Part shown: positions 1 to 11,396 of the stretch, one piece after another | Layout: the number at the start of each line of letters is the position of its first letter | Numbering within the stretch: position 1 is the stretch's first letter | Source: Patescibacteria group bacterium | GTDB taxonomy: Bacteria > Patescibacteriota > Dojkabacteria > JAKAPS01 | DNA length: 64,000 nt | Reading direction: 5' to 3' | Assembly (NCBI GenBank): GCA_025450075.1 | Contig: JANWIC010000016.1 | Span: 2,005 to 66,004, forward strand | Notes under the pieces: model-generated | Database searches by the model: none | What the model saw: only the letters and a program-made list of their open reading frames with translations | Told to the model about the DNA's origin: nothing | Translations under genes and position numbers: made by a program

Positions 1-525
1 TTTGAAGTATATGCAATTGATATGACCTACAAAGAATCTGATAATGCAGAGATTCTCCTTTCCCACACAGCAACAGTCGTATTTACTTCAAATCAAATTA
101 CCAACATTATTACTCATATTGTCTCAACGCCAACACAAACACCAACTCCTTCCCCATCACCAATCAGTACTGTCATTCCAACTCTTACCCCAACACTTAT
201 CACTATTCCACAAACAACAGGTGTAATTGATGAAAACGGCAATGTATTCCAGTTTGGCGTATGTGATTCATTCGTTCTCTTTCTGTTGACTATGATTATC
301 TTCCTCATTCCTTACATTTGGATTTTGAAAAAACATATTGAAAAGCAGAAAAAGATACAAGAATTTGGTGTTTATTCCATCATACTCATTATTCTTGCAT
401 TCCTTTTAGAAGCATATTGTTTTCCACTTATCATAGTTGCGAGTATATGGATTGTTGTCTTAGGAATACTTAAAAAAGTATTTCCTGCAAGTTCTACAAG
501 CTCTGGCGAAGGTATTCCCCAGTAA
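1..525 (+). CDS. Membrane-anchored protein, C-terminal part (5'-truncated by window), Pro/Thr-rich linker and about 3 TM helices
   Basis: Frame is open from base 1; STPTQTPTPSPSP linker followed by hydrophobic segments. Confidence 0.7.
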   Translation, partial: FEVYAIDMTYKESDNAEILLSHTATVVFTSNQITNIITHIVSTPTQTPTPSPSPISTVIPTLTPTLITIPQTTGVIDENGNVFQFGVCDSFVLFLLTMIIFLIPYIWILKKHIEKQKKIQEFGVYSIILIILAFLLEAYCFPLIIVASIWIVVLGILKKVFPASSTSSGEGIPQ

Positions 526-3334
526 AGCTTTTATCACATTTCGCAACTGAGGCGATATCTCCCTGAATGAGCAGTTCACCTCCTTGATCACCTCCATGAG
601 GACCTAAATCAATAATCCAGTCGGCAGATCTGATAACATCAAGGTTATGTTCAATAACAAGAACAGTATTACCCTGGTCAACAAGTTTTTGGAGGACATA
701 CAGAAGCTTATCTACATCAGCAAAATGAAGTCCAGTAGTCGGTTCATCGAGGATATAGAAAGTGTTGCCGGTTGAACGTCTTGAAAGTTCTGTAGCAAGC
801 TTCACACGCTGCGCTTCCCCTCCGGACAGTGTCAAGGCACTTTGTCCTAAACGAATGTATCCAAGACCTACATCTTGGAGTGTTTCAAGTTTGTTTTTAA
901 TGCTGTATATATTTTCAAAAAATTCCAATGCTTCATCAACAGTCATTTCCAATACATCATAAATGCTTTTCCCTTTGTATAGGACAGAAAGTGCCTCTCT
1001 ATTGTATCTTTTACCATTACAAACATCACAGGTTACATATACATCAGGCAAAAACTGCATTTCAATTTTCATTACTCCATCCCCCTTACAATTTTCACAT
1101 CTTCCCCCTTTTACATTAAAACTGAATCTTCCTGGGGAATAACCGCGAATCTTTGCCTCTGGAACATTTGCAAAAGTATTCCGGATATCGGTAAACATGC
1201 CTGTGTATGTGGCAGGATTAGAGCGTGGGGTCCTTCCGATTGGAGACTGGTCAATAGAAATGACTTTATCAATATCATCATATCCTTTTATCTGTTTGTA
1301 TTTCCCTTCTTCTTTATGAGTGCCCATGATAAGATTCGATAGACTGTTATACAGAATCTGATTTACAAGAGTAGATTTACCGGATCCTGAAACTCCTGTG
1401 ACACAGGTAAATGTTCCTAACGGTATTTTTACGGAAATATTTTTCAAGTTATGTTCAGATGCTCCAATAATTTGAACCGCATCCTTTTTGCTTTTTCGAT
1501 GTTTGGATCGAATCTTACTTGTATTATCTTTTAAATATCTTCCGGTTATAGATTTCGGATTTTTTGCAAGTTCTTGCCATGTTCCAGTTCCGATGATCTC
1601 TCCCCCTAATTCACCGGCTTTTGGGCCAAGATCGATAACATAATCAGATGCCTTTATGGTATCTTCATCATGTTCAACAACAATAACGCTATTTCCCAGT
1701 TCTTTTAATGCATTTAGAGTGTGTAGCAGTCTTTCATTATCTTTTTGATGAAGACCAATTGATGGCTCATCAAGGACATACAAAACACCTGAAAGTCCTG
1801 TTCCGATTTGGGACGCAAGACGAATTCGTTGGGACTCTCCACCGGATAGTGTTCTTGCAGAACGATCAAGAGTTAAATAGTTAAGGCCGACTTCATCTAG
1901 AAATGTTAGCCGGGAAAGAATTTCCTTCATAATTTGTTTAGCAATAACGTTCTCGTTCTCAGATAAATGTGAAGGGAGAGATGTAAAATATGAAATGGCA
2001 TTTCGGATGCTTTGATGTGTTATATCAATGATTGATTTATCATTTACGCTGACTGCTAAAGCAATCGGGTTAAGTTTTTTCCCTTGGCATTCCGGGCATA
2101 TTTTATCCCGCATAAACCTCTCAATATCCCTTCTAACAAGGTCAGAATCTGTTTCATCATATTTTCTTTTTAATGTTGGTATTACTCCAGAAAAATTTGT
2201 ATGGTACGTTTTTGTTATCCCTTCCTTTGTTGTATAGACTATGGATATATCCTTTGTTGTACCATACAGGATCGCATTAAGTTGTTTTTCATTCATTGAT
2301 CCAAGTTTTTGTTTTAAGGTAAATCCATACATCCTTCCAAGTTCAGCGAGCTGGAGCATAACCCAAGATGAAGTGCTAACACTTCTGTTCCATGGGAACA
2401 ATCCACCTTCTCCAATTGTCAGATTCGGGTTATATACGAGTTCAGGATCAATTTCATTCAATACTCCCAATCCCTTACATAATGGACATGCTCCAAACGG
2501 TGAATTAAATGAAAAGGTATGCGGTTCAATTTGAGGAATTGAAATCTTATCATATGGACATGCAAGATTTTCACTAAAAAATGTAGCAGTATTTGTATCA
2601 ATATCCAAAAAAATCATTTCTCCTTCCGAAAGACGCACAGCTGTCTCTACTGAATCTGTTATCCGTTTCCTTAGTTCAGAATTCTCATCTTCTGTTTGGT
2701 CTTTTGATAGCACAATCCTATCTACAACAATTTCAATTGTGTGGCTTTTATATCTTCCCAATTTTATCTCTTCATCCAGTCCATAAATTTCTCCATCAAT
2801 TCTAACTCTTGCAAATCCTTTTGCATAATGTGACTGGAGAAGAGAATCATATTCTCCTTTTCTGTTTTTGATAACTGGAGCTAAAATCATTCCTTTTATT
2901 TCTTCCATTGCAAGGATTGCATTTGCAATATCTTCAATACTTTGATTTTTTACTTCCCTATGGCATATTGGGCAATGCGGATGCCCGACTCGTGCAAACA
3001 GTAGTCGCAGATAGTCATAAATTTCGGTAATTGTTCCGACTGTTGATCTTGGATTATGACCTGAAGATTTTTGGTCAATTGAAATTGCCGGTGATAACCC
3101 ATCGATATAGTCGACATCAGGTTTTTCCATAAGTCCCAAAAATTGCCTTGCATATGCGCTCAATGATTCAACATATTTTCTTTGCCCTTCTGCATAGATC
3201 GTATCAAAAGCAAGCGATGATTTCCCGGATCCTGACATGCCGGTAATGACGACTAATTTATTTTTTGGAATTTCAACATCAATATTTTTCAGATTATGGA
3301 CACGCGCACCTTTTACTGTTATCGAGTCTTTCAT
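494..3334 (-). CDS. uvrA: Excinuclease ABC subunit A
   Basis: Starts [17 protein letters not shown]; two Walker A motifs ([18 protein letters not shown]), LSGGE signatures, zinc fingers. Start moved from 3694 to the ATG at 3334. Confidence 0.98.
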   Translation of the reverse strand: MKDSITVKGARVHNLKNIDVEIPKNKLVVITGMSGSGKSSLAFDTIYAEGQRKYVESLSAYARQFLGLMEKPDVDYIDGLSPAISIDQKSSGHNPRSTVGTITEIYDYLRLLFARVGHPHCPICHREVKNQSIEDIANAILAMEEIKGMILAPVIKNRKGEYDSLLQSHYAKGFARVRIDGEIYGLDEEIKLGRYKSHTIEIVVDRIVLSKDQTEDENSELRKRITDSVETAVRLSEGEMIFLDIDTNTATFFSENLACPYDKISIPQIEPHTFSFNSPFGACPLCKGLGVLNEIDPELVYNPNLTIGEGGLFPWNRSVSTSSWVMLQLAELGRMYGFTLKQKLGSMNEKQLNAILYGTTKDISIVYTTKEGITKTYHTNFSGVIPTLKRKYDETDSDLVRRDIERFMRDKICPECQGKKLNPIALAVSVNDKSIIDITHQSIRNAISYFTSLPSHLSENENVIAKQIMKEILSRLTFLDEVGLNYLTLDRSARTLSGGESQRIRLASQIGTGLSGVLYVLDEPSIGLHQKDNERLLHTLNALKELGNSVIVVEHDEDTIKASDYVIDLGPKAGELGGEIIGTGTWQELAKNPKSITGRYLKDNTSKIRSKHRKSKKDAVQIIGASEHNLKNISVKIPLGTFTCVTGVSGSGKSTLVNQILYNSLSNLIMGTHKEEGKYKQIKGYDDIDKVISIDQSPIGRTPRSNPATYTGMFTDIRNTFANVPEAKIRGYSPGRFSFNVKGGRCENCKGDGVMKIEMQFLPDVYVTCDVCNGKRYNREALSVLYKGKSIYDVLEMTVDEALEFFENIYSIKNKLETLQDVGLGYIRLGQSALTLSGGEAQRVKLATELSRRSTGNTFYILDEPTTGLHFADVDKLLYVLQKLVDQGNTVLVIEHNLDVIRSADWIIDLGPHGGDQGGELLIQGDIASVAKCDKSFTGEYLRQSL

Positions 3335-3390
3335 GACAAAAAATATAGTATAGAATAGGATTTTATCAAAAATGGAGCTATTTTGGAAGA

Positions 3391-3419
3391 TTGCATACTC
3401 ATGTTTGAAGCTATATAAT
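3391..3419 (+). promoter_or_regulatory. Sigma70-type promoter, near-leaderless
   Basis: TTGCAT-17nt-TATAAT, 9 nt before ATG at 3429. Confidence 0.65.
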
Positions 3420-3428
3420 CTCTCCACT

Positions 3429-3968
3429 ATGTCAAACGAAAGAAATATATTACTAACATTAGATTGTGATCGACCCAGAATCCCAGGGGTTTTTAGGACA
3501 CTTGAGAATTTAGGGATTATTACCATGGATAGAAAACCGGTATTCTTTGATGGGTATGTATGTATACCTATTAAAGAAGTTAATATCGGAGCATTTGCAA
3601 CATTAGGTGAGGAAAATGGGATGTTTAACGGAATTGGTGCTGCATTGTGGTTACGGCAAATGGTAGATGTTGTTGCGATAATGCACGACGGCACACAGCT
3701 AATATTTTCACTTTGGGAACAATATTATGAGTTACATAAATTTAATCCAGTAGATGGCAGTTATGATAAGATGGAAAGTAGATATAATTTAACATATGAT
3801 GGCAAGCCATTTTGTATGTCACTTCTTGGAACAATGGGGTTTGATATTGGTGAGGGCTTACAAGCATATACAATTACTGAGCTTTATCTGTATGTGCCGT
3901 TAGATGTAGAATTGTCTCCACTTGAACCAGGTGGTATAATCCCCTTTCCACAAATGGATACTAGCTGA
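3429..3968 (+). CDS. Hypothetical (orphan) protein
   Basis: 179-aa ORF (MSNERNILL...) filling the gap, with its own promoter; no recognisable motif. Confidence 0.7.
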   Translation: MSNERNILLTLDCDRPRIPGVFRTLENLGIITMDRKPVFFDGYVCIPIKEVNIGAFATLGEENGMFNGIGAALWLRQMVDVVAIMHDGTQLIFSLWEQYYELHKFNPVDGSYDKMESRYNLTYDGKPFCMSLLGTMGFDIGEGLQAYTITELYLYVPLDVELSPLEPGGIIPFPQMDTS

Positions 3969-5142
3969 TCATCTTAAAATATATTGCTTTTGCAAAAGCC
4001 TCCTCATATCCATCAGCAAGTTGTTTAACAGAAAAAAGGTTTTCAACTCGTTCACGTAATATTTCTGGCTTTTTCTTTCTAGCATCTTTAATATGTTTTG
4101 CTACCCTTTCGATATACTGCTCCTGATCTGGAGTAATTAAGGTATCCGTTTCATATATTTTTAAATCATTCGTCTGGATGATGATACCTGTCTTACCCAA
4201 CAACTCCGGAAGTGCACCTTTATCAGGTGCAATTACGGCAGTTCCTGATGCCATTGATTCTATCGATACTAATCCGAATGGTTCATGCCAAAGATTTGTC
4301 ATAAGGGTAACATAGGCATTTCGAAACAATTTGCTTTTTTCTTGTATTCCTAAAGGTGGATAAATCTTATCGTTTTTTTTTACATATGGCTGGATCATTT
4401 TTTGAAAATACTCTTTTTCATATACTTCATTTTGCATACCCATTAATCGGATAGGAAATCCAGCCTTATGCGCTGCATGAAGGGCAATATGTGCCCCTTT
4501 TTCTGGAGAATATCGACCAATCCAAAATACATATCTGTTTGGGTTATAAAATTTGGATGGACTTTTCGAAACTCTATACTGTTGGATATCAATGGCATTA
4601 TATACAGTCCCTAAATGCTGCCTTTTCATAAATGTATAGTATCGCTTTGCCTGGTCATGGCTGATGGTAATAAAATAATGTCCAAGGGATGCTAGTGAGG
4701 AAACAATATCCGGTAAATGATCTTTTGCTGGTCCGTGGAGGGTGTGCACAATTGGAATATCATTAGTTTCCAGCATAATATCCTCATTGATTGAAATTTT
4801 TGCAGGAGAACTGGCAGAATCAAAACGTTTGAGCATTTCCTGGCTATGCAACGCAAGAGTATGGTCCCAAATAAGATCAGGTCTTGCGGCAATTGCTTCT
4901 TTGTATGCCCTTTTGTTTGCCTGATGCTCTTTAATAAAAGATTCTCCAATCCCTATTGCCTTTTGGACTACAGGGACAAGGTGCGCTTTTGTTTCTGAAT
5001 CTCCTGATGCAAAAAGATAAACATCATGCCCACGTGCTACGAGTTCGTCCACTGCTAATGATATGACTAATTCTATTCCTCCATACAACTGTTTGCTCCC
5101 TACAACAGGAATAACAGTGGGAGCAATGACACATATCTTCAT
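3961..5142 (-). CDS. Glycosyltransferase family 4 (GT-B)
   Basis: YGGIELV, GHDVYLFASGDS, GRYSPEKG, EPFGLVSIESMASGT motifs. Confidence 0.92.
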   Translation of the reverse strand: MKICVIAPTVIPVVGSKQLYGGIELVISLAVDELVARGHDVYLFASGDSETKAHLVPVVQKAIGIGESFIKEHQANKRAYKEAIAARPDLIWDHTLALHSQEMLKRFDSASSPAKISINEDIMLETNDIPIVHTLHGPAKDHLPDIVSSLASLGHYFITISHDQAKRYYTFMKRQHLGTVYNAIDIQQYRVSKSPSKFYNPNRYVFWIGRYSPEKGAHIALHAAHKAGFPIRLMGMQNEVYEKEYFQKMIQPYVKKNDKIYPPLGIQEKSKLFRNAYVTLMTNLWHEPFGLVSIESMASGTAVIAPDKGALPELLGKTGIIIQTNDLKIYETDTLITPDQEQYIERVAKHIKDARKKKPEILRERVENLFSVKQLADGYEEAFAKAIYFKMIS

Positions 5143-5209
5143 GCAAAAATGGTTATGCGTAAGCAGTATAGTACTTATTTGCTGGGCTTGTCCGTGATGT
5201 ATCTCACTA

Positions 5210-6358
5210 CTATTCTACCCAACTGAGTCTGGAGATCGAAGTTATTCCAGATTTAGTTGTAATGAGTTTGAAATTTTTGGGCACGATTGTTGTTGATCCT
5301 TGTTTTGTGACAGTAATTAAATCTTCTGTTGCAATATTAAAATCTGCATTGCTTTGGTCAATAAAAGCGATGTGTTTCCCATCCGGAGAAAAGACCGGCA
5401 TTGCATCTATTCCTTGGTGGACTAGAATTTTTGATTGGTAATCTTGCAAGAAAGCACTTTGCGGGTCCTTCATATCAAAATTAGAAAGATTGAAAGGCAT
5501 CATATATACATCAATATGGGAATTTGTAACCAAATCATTTGATTCTCTTTGTGTGAAGGTAAGATATGTTCCATCTGGAGAGAATGATGGCTGCAGTGAT
5601 CCGGAAAAATCAGGTGTGAGGGCGAAGCTCTGCTTGTTTTTACTATCTAGAATATATAGCTGTGCATAAGGCTGTGGTTGGTTTAATGCATAAATATATT
5701 TCGTATAGACAATATAGTTGCTGTCTAACGGATAATATGTCGGGTCAGCATCTCCGCCGGTATATGGATAGCCGTGGGTTAATTGTGTCGCTGAGGAAAT
5801 CAACTGATTTTTCATTTCAAATACACTTAAGTCTGATACACCGGAAACAAATTTACCTTTATCAGATATAAATGCAATCTTTGTTCCATCAAAAGAAAAT
5901 GTTGGGTCAACGTACCATATCTTTTGGTATAAATCATTATTATTTATCTGCTTAGTCAGCGCTTTGACACTTCCGGATGTCAAATCAATTAGGTTGATAT
6001 TTCCAAAATTATTATCCAGCTGAGTTGTGATTGCAGATTTGCCATCAGCTGAAACAGAAGCTTCATCAACTGACCCATTATGGGTAATCTGCATAATAGT
6101 AGATCCGGAAAGTTTCCATAAGTTTTTGTTTTGAACAAAATAAATCGTTCCGGGAATTGATACCTGGTTTGAAAGAGTTACATTTCCATTTGATGTCGTC
6201 TGTTGCTTAGTAATATAGCTGACAATTTTTTCAATTGTTCCGCTAAATTTTGCTGTACCTATGACTATTACTGCAAGAATAAGAAGGCAAAAGATTAGAA
6301 AGATAATGCAACAGGAATCTTTTTTCTTCGGTTGTGTATACTCTGCAGTTTGTAACAT
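5210..6358 (-). CDS. TolB-like/PD40 beta-propeller protein with N-terminal TM anchor
   Basis: Repeated PxFSPDG motifs (PTFSFDG, PSFSPDG, PVFSPDG). Confidence 0.85.
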   Translation of the reverse strand: MLQTAEYTQPKKKDSCCIIFLIFCLLILAVIVIGTAKFSGTIEKIVSYITKQQTTSNGNVTLSNQVSIPGTIYFVQNKNLWKLSGSTIMQITHNGSVDEASVSADGKSAITTQLDNNFGNINLIDLTSGSVKALTKQINNNDLYQKIWYVDPTFSFDGTKIAFISDKGKFVSGVSDLSVFEMKNQLISSATQLTHGYPYTGGDADPTYYPLDSNYIVYTKYIYALNQPQPYAQLYILDSKNKQSFALTPDFSGSLQPSFSPDGTYLTFTQRESNDLVTNSHIDVYMMPFNLSNFDMKDPQSAFLQDYQSKILVHQGIDAMPVFSPDGKHIAFIDQSNADFNIATEDLITVTKQGSTTIVPKNFKLITTKSGITSISRLSWVE

Positions 6359-6360
6359 AA

Positions 6361-7386
6361 TTAATGGGTAAATATTTGATCAAATAGCACTTTAATTTTG
6401 GTCATGTCTGGTTTGACAATATCTTGTTTTCCATCCGGAGAAAGTCCGTCAGAAGAATAAGTAGGTGGCGAGAGAATATATCGATGGATATCTTCTGTCT
6501 TAATGCTTGTCAAAAGAGGTGCAAGCTGTGACAGTTGAATTATGGACATGTCAGTAACGACACTTCCCTGCAGTTCATTTGCTAACTGAGGAATTTTTGA
6601 AATGACATTTGAATTCTCAATCACTTTTTTAAGTTGGAAAAGAACCTGTTGTTGTCTTGCGGAACGACCAAAATCTCCTTGCAGATCTCCATGTCGTGAT
6701 CTCACATACTCAAGAGCATGGATTCCTGATAAATGTTGAGGACCTGCAGGAATGTACAACCTGATTGCACTATATGGATCATTTCCTGATATATCATTTG
6801 GATATACATCATCAAGGACAGGATGGTTTACATCAATATCAATACCACCAAATGTATCAATAACTTTGACAAATCCCTGCAACCCTACCCATGCGTAATA
6901 ATCAATGTGAACTCCAAAATCTTTTTCGATCGTTTGTCTTGTCAGTGCAATACCGCCAAATCCACTTGCCTGATCAATCTTACCGTATCCTCCACTTACT
7001 CCGTCAATTGGAACCCAGAAATCTCTTGGTATTGAAATCATATTTACCTGATTCGTTTTTGTATTTAATGACACAATGATTATGGTTTGAGTTAATACGT
7101 TACTCGGGTTAAATTTCGCATCATTATCACTTCCTAATAGAAGGATATTTAAATATTGCGGTCCGTTATATGTATAGGTTAACCCCTGTTCAGTTTTAGT
7201 CCGTGGCACCTGTTTTTGTGTAGCTTGAAGAAGTGTTGGTATAACTGCAAGATAGGATCTGAAATAGAAGGCAATACCTGAAATGATCAAAATGAAGATG
7301 AAAATAATGAGGCAGCATCCATACATGTGTCTTCGTTTAGGTGGCTGTACAGCTGATTCATCTGGTTTTGGTATCGTAATATCCAT
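6361..7386 (-). CDS. LCP (LytR-CpsA-Psr) family cell-wall glycopolymer transferase
   Basis: NILLLGSD, SIPRD, ALEYVRSRH, GDFGRSARQQQV; N-terminal TM. Confidence 0.93.
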   Translation of the reverse strand: MDITIPKPDESAVQPPKRRHMYGCCLIIFIFILIISGIAFYFRSYLAVIPTLLQATQKQVPRTKTEQGLTYTYNGPQYLNILLLGSDNDAKFNPSNVLTQTIIIVSLNTKTNQVNMISIPRDFWVPIDGVSGGYGKIDQASGFGGIALTRQTIEKDFGVHIDYYAWVGLQGFVKVIDTFGGIDIDVNHPVLDDVYPNDISGNDPYSAIRLYIPAGPQHLSGIHALEYVRSRHGDLQGDFGRSARQQQVLFQLKKVIENSNVISKIPQLANELQGSVVTDMSIIQLSQLAPLLTSIKTEDIHRYILSPPTYSSDGLSPDGKQDIVKPDMTKIKVLFDQIFTH

Positions 7387-7468
7387 GAAAAAAAGCTCTT
7401 GAATTGGTAGCTTTGCGTACGTATATTATGATAGATTTCCCAGCTTTAGGCAAGTTGTTTAAAAGAGT

Positions 7469-9469
7469 TTAACGTAGACTTTCTAATTCTTTAATCTCAT
7501 CACGAATTTTCGCAGCCTGTTCAAATTGCATGTTTTGTGCAAAATAATGCATCTGAGTCTGAAGCTCATTAATTTTCTTTTCGAGTTCTTCTGGTGGAAT
7601 TTCTTCAATCATCTCCTCTGCAGCGATTTTTTCCTCTGCTGTACGTTTCAAGGTCACTTTTACTTCTTTAATTATTGCTGTAGGTTCAATTCCATGCTTT
7701 TTGTTATATGCTTCCTGGATATTTCTTCTTCTGTTTGTCTCATTTATTGCTCTTTCCATTGAACCTGTTATTTTATCAGCATACATAATGACAGTTCCTT
7801 CAATATGCCGGGCTGCTCGTCCGATAGTCTGGATTAAACTTTGTTCAGATCGTAAAAAGCCTTCTTTATCCGCATCAATAATTGCTACAAGTGAAACCTC
7901 CGGAAGGTCAATACCTTCCCGTAATAAATTGATACCGATTACTACATCAAATACCCCAAGCCGAAGATTCGTTAAGATTTCAGAACGTTCAATCGTTTCC
8001 ACATCAGAGTGGATATATGATACTTTTATCCCAAGTTCAATGAGATATTCTGTCAGTTCTTCTGCCATTCGCTTTGTAAGTGTTGTAATAAGAACGCGCT
8101 GATGTTTGAGAATTCTTCCCTCAATTTCTTTTATGAGATTGTCGATTTGATCTTTAGTTGATCTGATATCAATTTGAGGATCTACAATTCCTGTAGGACG
8201 AATGATTTGTTCAGTTACTCCATTTGCAGGAAATTCAACCGAATGGACTTGTTTGCTTGCTTCATTCGCAAGTCCTTTTTCATAATCATTTGGAGTTGCT
8301 GATACATAAATTGCTTGATGGATTCTGCTTCTGAATTCTTCAAAACGCAGTGGCCGGTTATCTAATGCTGATGGTAGTCTGAAACCATATTTGATAAGTG
8401 TTTCTTTTCGAGCCCTATCCCCGTTATACATTCCTCTAACTTGCGGAAGAGTCATATGAGACTCATCAACTACCAACAAGTAATCATCAGGGAAGTAATC
8501 CATTAATGTCGATGGAGGAGTACCTGCAGCTCTTCCTTCAATATGTCTCGAATAGTTTTCAATACCGTTACAATATCCTGTTTCTTGCATCATTTCCAAG
8601 TCAAACGTTGTTTTTTGATGCAGTCTATATGCTTCCAGCTCATACCCTGACCTTTTTAATTCTTCTTCTCTTTGAACTAATTCTTCCTCTATAGTTGAAA
8701 ATGCATTTTTCATCTTATCAAATGGAGTAACAAAATGTTTTGCAGGAAAGATTGTTAACTCTTTTGGTCTTTGCTGAATTTCACCTGTTAGTGGATCGAT
8801 GAGAAGAATGCGATCTATCGTGTCTCCAAAATATTCCACTCTTACTGCCCTATCTTCATAACTTGGGAAAATATCAAGTGTATCACCTTTTACTCGATAG
8901 GTTCCTCGCTTGAATTCAATATCATTTCTGTTATATTGTAAATCATTCAAATGAATTAAAAGTTTTGACCTTTGATAGCTGTCCCCCAATTTTAGAGTCC
9001 TTGCCATAGCAAGATAATCTTCAGGATTTCCAAGGCCATATATGCATGAAACTGATGCGACAATTAATACGTCTTCTCTTGTTAGCAGGGCTTGGGTGGC
9101 ACTGTTTCGATATTTTTCAATTTCTTCATTGATCTGACTTTCTTTTTCAATATATGTATCTGTTCTTGGAATATATGCCTCAGGCTGGTAATAGTCATAG
9201 TATGATACGAAGTATTGCACGCTATTCTCTGGAAAGAATTCTCTAAATTCTGCTGCAAGCTGTGCCGCAAGTGTTTTGTTGTGAGCAAGCACTAATGTCG
9301 GTTTTTGTACTCTTTCAATGACATTTGATATGGTGAAGGTTTTTCCAGTTCCCGTTGCTCCTAAAAGTACCTGATCGCTTACACCTTTTTCTATACCATA
9401 GGTAAGCTTGTCAATTGCTTTCGGCTGATCTCCTGCTGGTTTAAATGGATAATGGAGTTTAAACTTCAT
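7469..9469 (-). CDS. uvrB: Excinuclease ABC subunit B
   Basis: [31 protein letters not shown]-terminal UVR domain. Confidence 0.98.
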   Translation of the reverse strand: MKFKLHYPFKPAGDQPKAIDKLTYGIEKGVSDQVLLGATGTGKTFTISNVIERVQKPTLVLAHNKTLAAQLAAEFREFFPENSVQYFVSYYDYYQPEAYIPRTDTYIEKESQINEEIEKYRNSATQALLTREDVLIVASVSCIYGLGNPEDYLAMARTLKLGDSYQRSKLLIHLNDLQYNRNDIEFKRGTYRVKGDTLDIFPSYEDRAVRVEYFGDTIDRILLIDPLTGEIQQRPKELTIFPAKHFVTPFDKMKNAFSTIEEELVQREEELKRSGYELEAYRLHQKTTFDLEMMQETGYCNGIENYSRHIEGRAAGTPPSTLMDYFPDDYLLVVDESHMTLPQVRGMYNGDRARKETLIKYGFRLPSALDNRPLRFEEFRSRIHQAIYVSATPNDYEKGLANEASKQVHSVEFPANGVTEQIIRPTGIVDPQIDIRSTKDQIDNLIKEIEGRILKHQRVLITTLTKRMAEELTEYLIELGIKVSYIHSDVETIERSEILTNLRLGVFDVVIGINLLREGIDLPEVSLVAIIDADKEGFLRSEQSLIQTIGRAARHIEGTVIMYADKITGSMERAINETNRRRNIQEAYNKKHGIEPTAIIKEVKVTLKRTAEEKIAAEEMIEEIPPEELEKKINELQTQMHYFAQNMQFEQAAKIRDEIKELESLR

Positions 9470-9623
9470 ATTATGCCTATAATGAACACATATTATACTA
9501 TGTTCTCCTATCTTGAGACAATCTGCACCTTCTGGTCAATATATTCATTTTCATGTAGAATCAGGGTGCAAAACTTGTATCATAGCGGTAAATCTGCTAA
9601 GATATGCCCGTTTACAACTTAAT

Positions 9624-9697
9624 GGTCGCGTGGTGTAGTGGTCAAACATGTTTCCCTGTCACGGAAAAGATCGAGGGTTCGAATCCCTTCGCGACCG
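9624..9697 (+). tRNA. tRNA-Asp(GTC)
   Basis: Acceptor stem GGTCGCG/CGCGACC, anticodon arm TTTCC-CTGTCAC-GGAAA, T-loop TTCGAAT; CCA not encoded. Confidence 0.96.
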
Positions 9698-9750
9698 AAT
9701 TGCAAATTCCCCTTAAATATCCTATGATATTTACAGTTACGAAACCCATC

Positions 9751-9837
9751 ATGAAAAAAGACGACTTTCTTGTTTTCCTCATGCTAAGCAGTCTTTGCAT
9801 TGTACTACTTGTATTTTTGAACCTCTCAATAATCTGA
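9751..9837 (+). CDS. Putative 28-aa single-TM small protein (MKKDDFLVFLMLSSLCIVLLVFLNLSII)
   Basis: Short hydrophobic ORF preceded by TTGCAA-17nt-TATGAT starting at 9701. Confidence 0.4.
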   Translation: MKKDDFLVFLMLSSLCIVLLVFLNLSII

Positions 9838-9877
9838 AATTCCTGAATTTGGAGATATATTTATTAAGTATGAAAAA

Positions 9878-9949
9878 AGCGAAAGACGGGATTTGAACCC
9901 GCGACCTCTTCCTTGGGAAGGAAGCATTCTACCACTGAACTACTTTCGC
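9878..9949 (-). tRNA. tRNA-Gly(CCC)
   Basis: Reverse complement GCGAAAG...CTTTCGC-T; anticodon arm CTTCC-TTCCCAA-GGAAG; U discriminator typical of Gly. Confidence 0.96.
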
Positions 9950-9958
9950 ATGTATCTT

Positions 9959-10032
9959 AGCCGATAGAGAGAGTCGAACTCTCGACCTTCACTTTACGAA
10001 AGTGCTGCTCTGGCCATCTGAGCTATATCGGC
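9959..10032 (-). tRNA. tRNA-Thr(CGT)
   Basis: Reverse complement GCCGATA...TATCGGC; anticodon loop TTCGTAA; T-loop TTCGACT. Confidence 0.94.
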
Positions 10033-10116
10033 TTGATAATTCATCCATCTTAGGTATAAAATGAATTGTTATGGAATTATACTAAAAATTCTGAATTTTG
10101 AACATTAAATCAACAA

Positions 10117-10752
10117 ATGACGAGTTTAACTTATACAACAAGAGTTCTTCCAGCTTTCACCTTATCTTTATTCATTGCTTCAATTGGATCTTTCATATCT
10201 CTTCATTGGAGTGGTTTCTTTTCTAAAATCCTTTTACAGATTGTAATTGTAGTTATCTTTTTTTTCATAACCCATGCTTGTCAGCATATTAAAAAGAAAC
10301 ATGAGGCAGGTGCAATGCTTTTGTATGTTTGGATGTTTATTGCAGGAATGATCTTAACAGTATTCATATATGATATTTTCCCATCATTTGGAGATATCTT
10401 TGTTCTTGAAGGTCTATTTCTGACCTTTGTTATGTATGTCATCCTTACTTCCAGACTTTATGGGAAAGACAGGTTTTCGCTTCAAGCAAAATCTTTTCTT
10501 ATTCTTGCTGGAATAGATATCATGATTGGATTGATCTTCTATCTCTTCTTTTCCTCCCCTCTTCTTTTGGTCATTGGAGATGCGGTAATTTTTTCCATAA
10601 TATCCATACTCTTTTATGGGAAAATTGAGCATCTAATGCGAGCGGGAGAAGATGATGACATTTATTCAGAAATCTTGGGAATGTATCTAGATTTTCCTTC
10701 ATTTCTTTCACATATCCGGCAGATGTTCGCGTTTATGGAAAGGAGAGCATAA
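10117..10752 (+). CDS. Bax inhibitor-1/YccA-like membrane protein
   Basis: About 7 TM helices; C-terminal GMYLDF resembles the BI-1 LYLDF motif. Confidence 0.6.
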   Translation: MTSLTYTTRVLPAFTLSLFIASIGSFISLHWSGFFSKILLQIVIVVIFFFITHACQHIKKKHEAGAMLLYVWMFIAGMILTVFIYDIFPSFGDIFVLEGLFLTFVMYVILTSRLYGKDRFSLQAKSFLILAGIDIMIGLIFYLFFSSPLLLVIGDAVIFSIISILFYGKIEHLMRAGEDDDIYSEILGMYLDFPSFLSHIRQMFAFMERRA

Positions 10753-11396
10753 TGGGATTGTTTGGCCTCGTGAAATTTATCACTACAAATTTTGATAAGT
10801 ACTTGTACCTAGTACTATTTATCCTTTTGTTTATCGAGGAAGCTGGAGTGCCTCTTCCGGTTCCAGGAGATATATATATTTTCCTCTCCGGATATCAAGT
10901 GGTAGTTCATCATGCAAGTCCAGTTTTTATCTTAATCGATGTTACATTAGCTTCAATACTTGGTTCCTCACTTCTTTTTTTCATAATTCTAAAAAAAGGT
11001 GAACCGCTTGTAGAAAAATATGGAAAATATATCCATATCTCAAAAGAAAGACTTGAACAAGGTAAATATTGGTTTGATAAACATGGAGAAATTGTAATTC
11101 TGGTAGGAAGATGGATACCCGGACTTCGTATTGTCCTGACTATTGTTGGTGGAATATTCCGTCTTGAATATTTTAAGTTCATTCTTGCAATGGGAATTTC
11201 TTCGCTTATGTGGTCAGGATTTTTTCTATATCTTGGTATAACATTTGGAAGACATCAGGATAAGATTTTAAATGTGTTTAAATATGTGAATACATATACG
11301 GGATATATCTTCTATCTTGTTATTCTCCTTCTGGTTACTGCTCTTTGCTACTTATATCTCAGAGCCCATCGTAGGAGGCAGGCCAACCCCAGGTAA
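10752..11396 (+). CDS. DedA family membrane protein
   Basis: IEEAGVPLPVPGD and GRWIPGLR motifs. Confidence 0.92.
   Translation: MGLFGLVKFITTNFDKYLYLVLFILLFIEEAGVPLPVPGDIYIFLSGYQVVVHHASPVFILIDVTLASILGSSLLFFIILKKGEPLVEKYGKYIHISKERLEQGKYWFDKHGEIVILVGRWIPGLRIVLTIVGGIFRLEYFKFILAMGISSLMWSGFFLYLGITFGRHQDKILNVFKYVNTYTGYIFYLVILLLVTALCYLYLRAHRRRQANPR

Noticed and set aside
120..225. Pro/Thr low-complexity stretches here and at about 55110-55300 as DNA repeats or a CRISPR array
   Set aside because: Ordinary protein linkers; no regularly spaced identical repeats were seen anywhere in the window.
3335..3694. 120-aa N-terminal extension of UvrA in the ORF track
   Set aside because: It overlaps the opposite-strand orphan gene and two promoters; UvrA homology starts at MKDSITVKG (3334).
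9604..9750. 5' part of the 77-aa ORF 9604..9837
   Set aside because: It runs through tRNA-Asp; only the 9751 start is plausible.
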